From the NCBI GenBank assembly GCA_965113315.1, contig OZ220363.1: a stretch of DNA of 64,000 nt, one strand, 5' to 3'. Shown one piece after another: positions 52,701-62,371 of the stretch. Made by a program: the position numbers and the translations under genes. The notes beneath the pieces were generated by a model that was given only the letters and a program-made list of their open reading frames with translations, ran no database searches and was not told the origin of the DNA. The stretch's first letter is position 1. Each line of letters opens with the position of its first letter. The stretch is from Podarcis vaucheri. Taxonomy: Eukaryota.

Positions 52701-55700
52701 AGAAATTGCCAATTTGGCTTCCCACCACAAGAGCCTGCTGTAAAATAGGCATATATGAGTCAATAGGGCGGTCAGATACAAAAGACAGCAGAGTGCCTGC
52801 ACTTTTAATAGCTGTGTAAAAGAAGGACTTAATTATAGCAGGTACAGTTGGTTGCCCTAGATATACATATGGGCTACACACTCCTATACCACTGCTATGT
52901 AAAAAAGGACCATTTTGGAAGTACGGTAGCTGTTACGAGCTACAGAAACCTTAATAGATAAGAAAGGGTTGTTTTTCACCATAGTTCCTGTTCCATCAAC
53001 CCCTGGATATTATAGTTTTTCCATCCATGTGTTGCAGTGGTCTATTCCAGACCTTAGTGGCACAAGGAGAACTTTTCAACTGTAGCAGACGTGCATGTTC
53101 GATAAAACTTGTCACACAACCTGTCTGTTTATCCTCGCCCTGTGTGCCTATACTGGATCTGGGTGCTTGGAGGAAAACATGGACCATGTGTTCAGAACTT
53201 CAGGTGTAAGTTCGCTTCAGCAGTAGCCCAGTATGTGATATGGGCAGTATATTGAGTAGATCCTACATCACCTTGGGATTTTATGGGGAAATCTGCATTC
53301 TTCCATTTCAGAATTAAATATTCATCAAGCAGCCTACATTTTTGTTATTCTGCATGGTACGGCCCAGTTCACAGATGATGTTAAAACATTAGTTTAATGC
53401 AAACATTAAATGCTCATTTTTGGCTTACTCCTCATAGTAAGCCACCAGTGATGGTTCTTGCACAGCACTAAGCCAACATCTGGTTTTGTTTAATGGTGGA
53501 ACAGCACAGCAGCAGTGGGAGAGGAGTAAAATGGACACTCATGAGAATCCTGCCCCAGTATGCTGCTTGTTCACATTAAACAGGTGTTTGTTTCTAACTA
53601 TGATTTAATGTTATACATGAACTCGGCATGTATGTATGCATTTTAACAGGTTGTGCTGCCATTCTCAGGGGTCAGGGGAAGGGGAAGCAGTAAAGAATTG
53701 TTTGGAGCTGTATGGTCAGTCAAGTGTGTTGCGTTCAGTCTGAAGTTTGGAATGAGATTAAGCTGGATGCATTGATGGAATGTGTGTCTCTGCTTGGAGG
53801 AGAACGACTTGAATGTCTCGACGCTGCCTATGGGGCTTTCCTGCATCAACCTCTTATCCCTTTTAATTGGTCTGGTCCCATAGCTTGGCTTTGGTCTTGC
53901 TCCTTTCACTTCATCAGCCTTCTTTAGAGAATTTTTATTTAAGCTCAAAATTGTTAGAACTATGGTGCATTGAACTTCTTAATTTGGTAAAGGATCTGAA
54001 CATTTTTAAAGGAATGGTTCTTTACATGTATGGAAACGTGGCTGTGTTTCATTATGTCATTTTTAGACATAATTTGAGCTGCAGTGCTGACAGTGCCACT
54101 CAAAAGGATAAACAATGCAACACCATTCAGAGAGTTTACTATGAGTTCACATTTTTTATTGTGGAGGTTCCTAATCTATTGATTGTGAAGACAAGGATAT
54201 TCAGTGTAAACTCCAAAGTTAGGTTTGCACTTAGGTTTTACAGGATTGTCAAGGTTAATTCCTGATCATAAGGCACTATTGAAATCTTGCTCTGTGTTTA
54301 AGGGGCGAATGAGCAGCCTGTGTCTTCTCAAATTCACATTCAATTTTAAACATGTTTGTTGCTGCCTTGATAGTGGAACAGAGCAGATGTGGGGCTAGGA
54401 TGTCAGGTGCTGGTGATCCATCTTCAGGGGTTACCAGCTCCCATGAGAACAAAGAATAGGGCCATCTTGAGCAGACCTGCCCAGATGTTCCAAGTTCCAC
54501 TCCTACCCTCCATTAGGCTAATAGACATTAGTCTAGGCTAACAGTGTGAACACCTGTAGGGCCTTGTGTAGCTGTACATGCAAAGACTTCCACAAACTCT
54601 GGAACCCTGAAATTTATTGCTGGCAGCCATTATGATGAGCTGTTCATAAAATAAAGGTGGTGTTTGAATTCATACGGCAATGAACCAGATCCTCAACATA
54701 AGAAACAGGAGTTGATTTGATTTGAAATTGCTTCTAAAGAAGGCTTCTTTGCAATAGGCTTGGTATCTTGCATGCTTTTCAAATCTCCTTTACTCTGATG
54801 TGCATATTCTTCCTGCGATGCTGCTTGATTGAATAGTGATGCGATTTTAGTGGAACATTACAACAGACAGAACTGTCATACTGTATTTTCCAAAATGGAA
54901 AAGTTGATCAGTAGCAGTCTCACAAGCATACTGATAGGCTTTCCCCCAGTCTTCATTGGATAGTTGTTGTACTGTCAGTAGAACTACAGGCTTTAGGGCA
55001 CAAGCTTTGAATATGGTTAAATATTCAGCACACACATATACATGCGTACACCCACACACTCCAGAAACCAGCCAAAGACTATCAGATACTCAAACTAGCT
55101 AAGAAAAAAACCCTGAGAAAACTCCCCTCGTGTATACAGTAGCACCAAAAGTGGCATGGTACTGTTGAAAATAATAGTTATGACTGTTACTAATTATTAG
55201 ATTGAAGGATTTAAGAATTCTAAAAGTCTTGTTCAGTTGAGTTGCCCTCCTTAGCTGGCTTTGGCAGCAACACTCAATTCAATCAAGTGTTCTGATCAAA
55301 TTTAGTAGGAGTAAGTGTGGGAGACAGGAAGCCAAGCAAAGGTTTTTACTAATCTCCTGCATTCTTAGGCAGTTTCCTGGTCAAAACCCCCACAGGCATT
55401 ATAGTTATCTTTTGCTGTCATCCAAAATGGGCCTTCCTAAGTTTTCTTTGAACACACTAAGCTTTTGGGAAGTGCTTCATTCCATTTTAAAATCAGTGGT
55501 TATGCCAATAGGTAGGTGTAGAAGTTCAGCTCTATAGATGCATTAATGCAGTTAATTTTAAAATACTTATTATTAGGAAATTTGGAATTCAGAACATAAA
55601 AGAATGTGATTCTGAATCCAGCTAAAAATCAAACTTCCTTGATGTGTAATATTAAGGAACCAAGTGTCCAAGATATCTTCAATATGGAGCAACTCCAGCT

Positions 55701-58700
55701 ATTCTCATAGGCATTAATTAGCAGTAGAGCGGAGGAGAAAAAACTAGCCCTTCCTCTTTCTGAAGCGCTAAAGATTTTCTGTCATAACAAGATGGTTTTC
55801 TAAGACCATGCATTAATCAGAACTGGGCAAGTCCAGGACAGTTTCATTCATTAACACACTGTGTCTGCGTTAATGTTGAAAATTGTGCATATCTAAGAAG
55901 ATTGATTTTGCAATTTCCTAAAATGAAATTTGGGCACAGAAAAAATGGCAGAAACCATGCCAAGCAAGCAGGATCCAGATCAGTTAATTCTGAATAACAT
56001 GTGCATGAAATACTCTTGTTTTTCCCTGGCCATGTTCGCATGCCATGTTAAACCATGGTTTAAGCATCATTTGGATAAGCCTTCCTGAGCTCAGAGCGTC
56101 AGGCTTCTGCATTTCCCCCTCCCCTCACTTGTGCAACAAGGATGAGGACTTCTGCTGTGTTATCTTTGCTGTTTACCATTGCATATGAACCAGAGGTCCT
56201 GGTTTAAAACAAACAATACAGCAATTAGTTACACACACAAACTTCATAATCCATGGTTTGAAGTTGACTTGTTCAGAAACTAGTCATGCGAACTGGGCCA
56301 CAGTGTTTATGGTGAGCTTCTTCATCATTCTTCTTTGCTTCAGACTCAAAAACTATTTTCTGATACGTCAAAGTAGTTCTGTTAAGACTAGTATGTTTGT
56401 CCTAAATGTTTAACAGTGTCATTTAAATCCTTTAACGCTGCTGTGCCTATCAGGTATTTTGCTTAAATAAGGAATATAGTGTTAAGCCTGCACATTTAGG
56501 CAAATCTATAGCCATTCATATTATAGTAAGCCATGATAAGCCAGTGGGCTGGATAGGTATCTGCATTCATTTCTAATTTCATTTTCTGTATGGAGTAATG
56601 CCATATGAAAAAGTGGGGGAGTATTCAAATTATCTGTTGCATTGGTCACCCTGAAACCAGCATGACGTCGTAGCAGCGGTAGAGGGTTTGACTTGACAGT
56701 CCACAGTTTCATTTCATTAAACCACGCGTTGTGCTTGCTGCTAAACAAGTTTGTTCTTGCTAGTCTGCCACTTCCTCAGCTACCTCTTGCTGCTTCCATT
56801 CTCTCTCCTCATTTGTGTCTAGATACTAACTGTGCCTCATCCCATTCCCCAAACCAATCCAGGCCCCATGATGCTGGTGACTGCTGTCAACGTGGTGGAA
56901 GTGCATGGAACGCGTGGTCCCCACCCTCGGCCCACTCAGTGGATAGACACCACTACCGTGACTTTGTCCGTGACCGCAATGTGAAGAATGCAGGAATATA
57001 CAGACAGGCTTTGGGTTCTGGTGTCCAAACCTCTGTGACTGACCTGTAGGACTTTTGACCTTTAGGAAGCCTTGATTGTTCCCCGTGACACCCTGGAACT
57101 TTGAAGGACAGGAGAAGACATCTTTTAAAAATAATTAACCTATGAAACACCTGAATATGAAGGAATAGCTTTCTAGGTATTTCTCTTTCCACTTAAGAGA
57201 AAATACCTTAAGTTTTTTCTTAGTGGAAGAAAGGTTTAAATAGCTTCCTTGGTTGTAACAAAGCTGCATATTCTAACCATAGAAACTATATTTTGTTCTC
57301 AAAGCGTTTCAAGTAAGCTACCATGAGTGGTTTAATTATGCTTGACATGATCTTTTAACTGTTTTATATTTTTTAAAAATAGAGGAGATGGCAACTGGCA
57401 GGTGAAGGCTGCTCCTTTTTAGTTCTTCTGCACTTTTAATAATGTGCCTAATTGGATATTAAATAGAATTATACTTTTGATATTAAAAATAAAAGCTTTT
57501 AAGGAAACCTGAAGGACCTCTAAGTAGGTTGTCTGAGAGTGCCTTTCTGAGATGTTTTGCTTGAATGCAAAAACCTGTTCAATTGTGTCTTCTGGAAAAG
57601 CATGTCGGCTTGCCAGTATCCTTATTGTTGTGACCAGTTCAGGTTGTATGATGTAGCTGCATGTGACCAGTTTTCTTCTGCTTCAAAAATGCTAGTTCAA
57701 CAATGCAGTAAGAGCAAAAACTAAGAGGTGCCTCCCTGCAATCTCAGGGGCTGAGAATCATGAGCCATTTACATCTCCTTCATTCCTCCCTTATCTTCTT
57801 GGGAAGAAAAATTGTTCTGCAGCCTTCCCAGCTTCCCACATGTCAGTTTGAAGTCCATGACATTAGATAATTCATCCCTTAGAGCTTTTTCTAATTTGAA
57901 GGCACAGGCATCTAGGAGGCTGCAGAGCACTGGAAAAATGTTTACTGTAAAGAAAAACACAGAAAACTAAAGCCAACTTGCAACAATAAGCTAAGTTCAA
58001 TCCTGCCCCAACAAAATTCTAAAGAAAACAGAAGCCTCTTTTGCAAGGAAAGAAAAATTAAGAGGGCACAGATGTTGGCACAGCTCTACTTTACACTGCA
58101 TAGATGCAATGTTAAACCACCTAGAAGGGTTGTAGAGGGTTTATTTGTAGTCACTCCATTGAAATGTCAGGTGATGCATAGCAATGATTGCTATGGATTA
58201 GAGAAGCTTGGAGTTAAACAATAACAAAGCTTAAAAACAAAAGTTGAAAAATAACCAGCTTTATCAAGCTGCACTTCGTTTGTGGTTATTTGCTATATAT
58301 GACGGGTGTTGTAAGTCACTTAAAGATAAATAAACGTTAAAAGGAGTCCAGGGCATCTAAGCCAAGTCAGTTACTAGCCTCACTTTTTGCCAGCCCCTAG
58401 AGGTATCAAAAGACTTAAAAAGAGGCTCATGCTGCCCTGAGCACAGGGCAGGGTTGGATTAGACAAATGTGTCCCTCTCCCAAATCCTGCTACCCTCTGC
58501 CCTCAGTGTTACACTGCCTGTGCGGAGCTCCCTCTTCCCTTTTGTTAGGGGGATCTCTACTTATGGAAGCCCACAGACAATCCCTAAATGGAGCATTCCA
58601 GGAAGGGGGCTGAGCTGACCCAAAATCTTCTGGATCTCAGTATGGGCGGCCCGCTGCGATCACTTGATGCTTTTGCCTGCCTTCTGCCCAGGCCAGTTTA

Positions 58701-61700
58701 AGCGATGTGGCTGTGTACACACTTGCAAACTGCTCATCATTATGATTGGAAGAGGGAGACATTGTGAAACATAGGAACCTTATAGGCTACAACACATCAT
58801 TTCCCCATCCTGAATGGAAGCCTGCGCACACAGCACAGAATACTTTCTCAACATTTGTTAAGTAGGGTGCATTCTAAACGTACTGTACCTCCCAAGTCTT
58901 AAAAACCCACTGGCAGCCATCTCTTTGGCCCCTTCCCATTTTGTATGTGTGGATCCAGGCACTAATTCAATCTTGGTATTAGAAATGTAGTAGAAAAATC
59001 ACACCTCGTTTTATTTCCTAATATCAGCCAGCCATGGTGGACATGATGAAAAGCAGATAATGTGGTCAGAAGTTCCCTCTCTCACACACACCATTATGGT
59101 TAGCATAGTACTTTTTGTATCTTTGCTGGCTGCAGGATGTTCTCCTCCCTGTTAACTATACTGTGCATTCTCTTGTGGGGAGAGTGCACTATAGTTCGGG
59201 AACCACAGCACTACAAGGTAATGTATTAATCTCCATTTTGTGAAAATCAACAAATGAAATGAAGTTGAGAACCAGTGAAATCAATAAAGCTGCCTAACTT
59301 CTTAGATTGTTTTCTATGGGAGAGCAGCAGTTCTCTTCATCACAGAAGATAACTTCTTTCCCATTCCACCCTCTGGGTCTCCTCCCTCCCTACTCCCCAC
59401 CTACATAAAATGTGGCTGAGATCTGCAAGTTATCCACCCTAGAATTGCACAAAGCTTTGTTGAGAATTGCACTAGAGATTTGTGTTGGGATGTCATCAGT
59501 ATTCTGATGACACTTGGCTGCATCTTTTGTTTACATGTTTTGATTCCAGAACAGTGGTGTTTCTGAAAATAGTGATTAGTGTCAGAACTAAAGTGGATGG
59601 GGGCAACCAAACTTAAACCAGACATGATAGCAGTCCTGTTACTTAGAGGGTCTGGAATCATACAGAGTAAGCTGCTCTGGATAATGTTCCAGTCTCTTAG
59701 AGATCAGGATCACAAGTTGCATTTGCTTCTGGATGTCCCAAGTGGTGGGAGTGCTTTTTATCAACTTTAGTTTGTATACCAGCAATTACTGATTTTTGCA
59801 AGTCCTTTGCCCACAGATTGTAGGCCATGTATAGTCTCTGTGCTATAAAAAAGTGGAGAAATTGGGTGGGTGGGACATACAGATGAATTATGCATAATGA
59901 TCTACACCAGGTGAGTGGATCTGACATTTGCTGCTGCACTGCAACATGCTCAGGTAAACTGGGTCAAGCAACCATTAAAAATAAAAGTTAAGATGACAGA
60001 GATGCCCACCCCTTCCAGTGCATAACCACGTCCTTTTTCTTTTCCCACCTTCTGCAGGTTGGAGAATGAGCTTCTGAAATAGGAACCTTCTGTACTATTG
60101 GGCCTCCCATAAGATTTAAAACCCTGGATAATGAAAGTTCTAAGTCATGGGGGGAAACTCCATGAGTACAGGATCTCCCTGCTTTAAACGTTTGCCCTCG
60201 TGCACCAGAGGGCATAGAGACAGATGGTAGGGAACCTTTGGCCCTCCAGACATTGCTGAACTGCAAGCATGACCAATGACCACAGGTGGTGGCAGCTGGT
60301 AGTTCAGGAACATCTGAAGAGCCAAAGGTTCCCCACACCAGGGGGTAGAGATTTGAGCTTTCCCTTGCTCTCCTTAGGTGTTTGTCATATGAAGAAACTG
60401 AACAGCCAAATAGAGTCAGTGAAGAAGGTTTTTCTTTGATACATGGTAACTTCATGAGATGATCATCATGAAATGTAATCAAAGGTTGCAGTTTTCCCAG
60501 TCTAGGTTGGGGAGGGTATTATAGCAAGGGTGGTGCTTTATCGTGTGTATTTGGGAAGGGTGCTGCAGGAAAATGGAAGTGAAAGATGTTACCGTAATAA
60601 TTATTGTGACATGAAGAGTAAAAGAGAAGTGCTGTGTACTAAAGATTGTAAGGAGGATGAACAGAGTGAACAGAACACTTCCATTCTATTGCTTCTTAGA
60701 ATTGTTGTTGTTGACATCAGTCTATCTTGAAAGACAATGGAGCGCACATCTGGGGGCAAAGCCAAACTGCCAGAGAATCACAGCTGTGGCTGTGGCTGCA
60801 GTAACTCGTAACTACTGCCTCCCACATTGTTTTTGCTGTGTTAGCAGCACCAAAGTGACCTCTCCAGGGTGCAAGCGTATGGACGTCTTGGGATAACATT
60901 AATTACATAAGATTGCCATCTGTATCCGGATCTTTTAAAAGCAACTGTGAAAAAGCATCTGCATTACTAGCATGCCAGCTTCATTGCAGATCAGGAAAAG
61001 CACACATCAGTGGTTGCCAAATTTGTGAGCTTTGTTTAAAAATGCAAATAATCACTTGCTTAGGTGTTCGTGGTTTGCCTAACAGGAAAAGGTGGGTACC
61101 ACACGATGGTTCACATTCTAGAAAATAATTGTGTAATATCTGAGAGGGTCTCAATCATAGATAGCACGGTGTTATGCTATTTATTTAAAGGATTATGCTC
61201 TGCCTTGAGCAAAAAGCCCTCAAGGTAGCTTACATAAATCTTTAAAAGCATAAGCAAATGCTTGACCAATCCATACACTTTGTGGGTTTTTTATTTTTTA
61301 GTGCTGGGTAGGAGCTTAAGGAGCCCTGCAGTTGTACTTGCATAGCACACAGCAGAAAGAGGGAACCTTTTTCAGCTTGAACACCACATTTCCTTGTTGG
61401 CAATTTGGGGGGGGGGGGCTGCATGGTGGATGGGGCAGAGCCATAGGTGAATGGATATGACCCTTCTCTTTTCTAGTCATGCATAATTCAGAGGTTTCTG
61501 AGCACTCATCTCTCTATCCAGGCAAGTAAGAGGCATTGTCTCAGTTCAAGGACTTCATTCCAGCAAAGCAAAAGGACTTAGGGAGGGCCTAGATCCAAAA
61601 CGGTGTGGGTTGTCCTGAGGGCTGCATCAAGAGGCTCCTAGGCCTAAAGTTCCCCACCCTTGCTGCAGAAACTTGCTTTGAATTGTTTGTGCCTAAAACC

Positions 61701-62371
61701 TTGTTTCCTTATCATATCCCATGTAGTGTGCCCCTGATCGTTGATTTACTGGATAACAAGGAATTGTTGGAAACTTGTATTGACAATACTACTGATTTTC
61801 CTCCTGCCGGAGGGTCAGCTGAAGCTTTGGAACAAGCAGGGCTTGGCTTCACTCCTCTTGGCACAAAGGAGCAACCCTCCGACAAGGTGGATCCTCTTGG
61901 TAAGGAAATGCCTGGTAGAATGGGAATTACTGGGACATTTAAAATACCTGCTTACTTGTCTGTGATACTGCAAAGTATCTGATGTGTATCTGGAAAGTAT
62001 CTGGAACGCTTTAACGTTCAACAAGAAGTGTGATCCTTCCTAACCTCCCAACGTGAGCTTATCTGCAACAGACCGCAGTTCTTAACAAAGCAGTAGGATT
62101 TCCAGATGCTTCCAGCTGGTGCATATGCAATAATAAGTATGGTTGCACAGACGATGTTAAAAAAAACAGATAAATTACAGGAAAGTGTAATCCTGGTTTT
62201 AATAATTGACAGAAATGACAAAAGATTTTCAGAGCACCATTCCAGTCTTAGGTTGACTTATATCCTATCTCTATTTGAGCAGGTGAGGATGCATCGTTGA
62301 AACTCAAGCGGCTGGAAGCAGAACTCAACCCTTTGCTGGTTTCCCAGTCCAACATAAACATCAATAAACAG
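27770..62371 (+). CDS. EPB41L5: EPB41L5 (band 4.1-like protein 5, FERM + FERM-adjacent), long isoform, partial; exons 27770..27949,32553..32657,37298..37340,38278..38356,39267..39311,40063..40115,42729..42849,43374..43461,44362..44450,45063..45132,46595..46764,47934..48040,48894..48921,50208..50250,50945..51060,61727..61899,62283..62371; continues past the window
   Basis: Starts [38 protein letters not shown], the EPB41L5 N-terminus. 17 GT-AG exons join in frame (1599 nt, 533 codons) through a complete FERM and FA domain. Confidence 0.96.
28060..28250 (+). mobile_element. Degenerate L2 LINE fragment
   Basis: TCAAGGTTGGATTACTGTAATGTGCTG..GTGGGGATGCCCTTG encodes the SRLDYCN-like L2 motif. Confidence 0.6.
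28255..28495 (+). mobile_element. Tigger-like MITE family A copy 4
   Basis: TA-flanked, aligns to 606-831. Confidence 0.9.
28886..28925 (+). repeat. (GATA)/(GA)n microsatellite
   Basis: Direct reading. Confidence 0.85.
29274..29622. mobile_element. Chimeric Tc1/mariner-type element: Tc2-like left end and Tigger-like family A end on the right
   Basis: TA|CCGTATTTTTCGCTCTATAAGACGCAC at left; TAACCCGAGGTACCACTG|TA at right; GC-rich palindromic interior. Confidence 0.7.
29706..29931 (+). mobile_element. Tigger-like MITE family A copy 5
   Basis: TA-flanked, aligns to 606-831. Confidence 0.9.
29939..30239. mobile_element. hAT-type non-autonomous element
   Basis: TIRs CAGGCACGTCCAAC / GTTGGACATGCCTG; 8-bp TSD CTATAGAG/CTATAGAT once the adjacent MITE is removed. 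Confidence 0.8.
30880..31240 (-). mobile_element. Degenerate L2 LINE 3' fragment; limits approximate
   Basis: Resembles the 1715-2990 L2 relic (A-rich tail, AGGGCTTT..ACCAGCACCTTG..GGCAGCCAG motif). Confidence 0.5.
32553..32657 (+). CDS. EPB41L5: EPB41L5 exon 3, [35 protein letters not shown]
   Basis: TACTAAC branch point at 32523, ttcag| acceptor, |gtgagt donor; FERM-N DYFGL motif. Confidence 0.96.
33250..33475. mobile_element. hAT-type non-autonomous element
   Basis: TIRs CAGGGGTGGGGA / TCCCCACCCCTG; perfect 8-bp TSD CTTTAAGG (33242-33249, 33476-33483). Confidence 0.88.
34977..35070 (+). repeat. Compound pyrimidine pentanucleotide microsatellite (TTTTC)n(TCTTC)n
   Basis: About 94 nt of pure pyrimidine. 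Confidence 0.92.
37298..37340 (+). CDS. EPB41L5: EPB41L5 exon 4, [14 protein letters not shown]
   Basis: ttcag| and |gtaagt; FERM WLD motif. Confidence 0.95.
38278..38356 (+). CDS. EPB41L5: EPB41L5 exon 5, (I)[25 protein letters not shown](R)
   Basis: tgtag| and |gtacgt; phase consistent. Confidence 0.95.
39267..39311 (+). CDS. EPB41L5: EPB41L5 exon 6, [14 protein letters not shown](K)
   Basis: aatag| and |gtaagt. Confidence 0.95.
39576..39625. mobile_element. 50-bp hAT (Charlie/MER5-type) mini-element
   Basis: 14-bp perfect TIRs CAGTGGTTCTCAAA / TTTGAGAACCACTG; TSD ACCTAAAG/GCCTAAAG. Confidence 0.8.
40063..40115 (+). CDS. EPB41L5: EPB41L5 exon 7, [17 protein letters not shown]
   Basis: tgcag| and |gtgagc. 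Confidence 0.95.
40729..40791 (+). repeat. (CT)n(GT)n(GC)n(AC)n compound microsatellite
   Basis: Direct reading. Confidence 0.9.
41189..41452 (+). mobile_element. Sauria SINE, diverged and 3'-truncated
   Basis: Colinear with 2323-2570 (CTGTGGTCTAAACCACTGAGCC...GTGCAAGTAGATAAATAGGTACTG). Confidence 0.85.
42729..42849 (+). CDS. EPB41L5: EPB41L5 exon 8, (A)[39 protein letters not shown](R)
   Basis: tccag| and |gtaaaa; ELGDY FERM motif. Confidence 0.96.
43374..43461 (+). CDS. EPB41L5: EPB41L5 exon 9, [29 protein letters not shown]
   Basis: ttcag| and |gtaagt; MYGVD motif. Confidence 0.96.
44362..44450 (+). CDS. EPB41L5: EPB41L5 exon 10, [29 protein letters not shown](W)
   Basis: cttag| and |gtaagc. 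Confidence 0.96.
45063..45132 (+). CDS. EPB41L5: EPB41L5 exon 11, [23 protein letters not shown]
   Basis: tgcag| and |gtagaa. Confidence 0.95.
45560..45715 (-). mobile_element. Degenerate CORE/MIR-like SINE
   Basis: Reverse-complement similarity to 20670-20840. Confidence 0.55.
46595..46764 (+). CDS. EPB41L5: EPB41L5 exon 12, [56 protein letters not shown](S)
   Basis: Poly-C tract plus taag| acceptor, |gtcagc donor; end of FERM-C and start of FA domain. Confidence 0.96.
47934..48040 (+). CDS. EPB41L5: EPB41L5 exon 13, [35 protein letters not shown]
   Basis: tctag| and |gtagct; FERM-adjacent domain. Confidence 0.95.
48894..48921 (+). CDS. EPB41L5: EPB41L5 exon 14 (28-nt microexon), (G)NTHKSEET(S)
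   Basis: tacag| and |gtaaga; required to bridge phase 1 to phase 2. Confidence 0.85.
50208..50250 (+). CDS. EPB41L5: EPB41L5 exon 15, [14 protein letters not shown]
   Basis: ttcag| and |gtaagt; phase consistent. Confidence 0.88.
50468..50891 (+). mobile_element. Young CR1 LINE 3' end (ORF2 C-terminus plus 3'UTR) in EPB41L5 intron 15
   Basis: ORF 50438-50818 reads [45 protein letters not shown], typical of CR1; (ATTCTATG)n tail; possible TSD AAAAACC. Confidence 0.93.
50945..51060 (+). CDS. EPB41L5: EPB41L5 exon 16, [38 protein letters not shown](C/W)
   Basis: tcaag| and |gtgcgt; VEIENLP.SPG motif of EPB41L5. Confidence 0.92.
52420..52550. mobile_element. Degenerate hAT-type MITE
   Basis: CCTCCAGATG..AACTCC..GGGATGGTGGGAGTTGCAGTCCAGCATC matches the family at 52-163. 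Confidence 0.55.
53361..53628. mobile_element. Old non-autonomous DNA element (Harbinger-like ends)
   Basis: Imperfect TIRs GGCCCAGTTCACA / CATGAACTCGGCA; related to 56028-56299. Confidence 0.5.
56028..56299. mobile_element. Old non-autonomous DNA element (Harbinger-like ends)
   Basis: Imperfect TIRs GGCCATGTTCGCATG / CATGCGAACTGGGCC; internal AACCATGGTT palindromes. Confidence 0.55.
56863..57049 (+). CDS. EPB41L5: EPB41L5 alternative terminal exon (short isoform, 507 aa in total), (W)[21 protein letters not shown]...[24 protein letters not shown]
   Basis: TACTAAC branch point at 56824, tccag| acceptor, in frame with exon 16. The DCCQRGG and DFV..NVKNAG blocks resemble the mammalian short-isoform tail as recalled. 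AATAAA at 57488. Confidence 0.88.
57488..57493 (+). terminator. Polyadenylation signal AATAAA for the EPB41L5 short isoform
   Basis: Canonical hexamer ~440 nt after the TAG of the alternative terminal exon. Confidence 0.6.
60222..60340. mobile_element. Degenerate hAT-type MITE
   Basis: GGGAACCTTTGGCCCTCCAGA / TCTGAAGAGCCAAAGGTTCCC inverted arms. Confidence 0.65.
61727..61899 (+). CDS. EPB41L5: EPB41L5 exon 17 (long isoform), (C)[20 protein letters not shown]...DKVDPL
   Basis: tgtag| and |gtaagg; open in the frame set by exon 16. Confidence 0.85.
62283..62371 (+). CDS. EPB41L5: EPB41L5 exon 18 (long isoform), (G)[29 protein letters not shown]
   Basis: agcag| and |gtactg; 89 nt, phase 1 to phase 0. 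Confidence 0.85.

Noticed and set aside
61881-61892. Alternative donor AAG|gtggat in exon 17
   Set aside because: It gives phase 0, incompatible with the phase-1 start of exon 18. The donor at 61899 (|gtaagg) fits.
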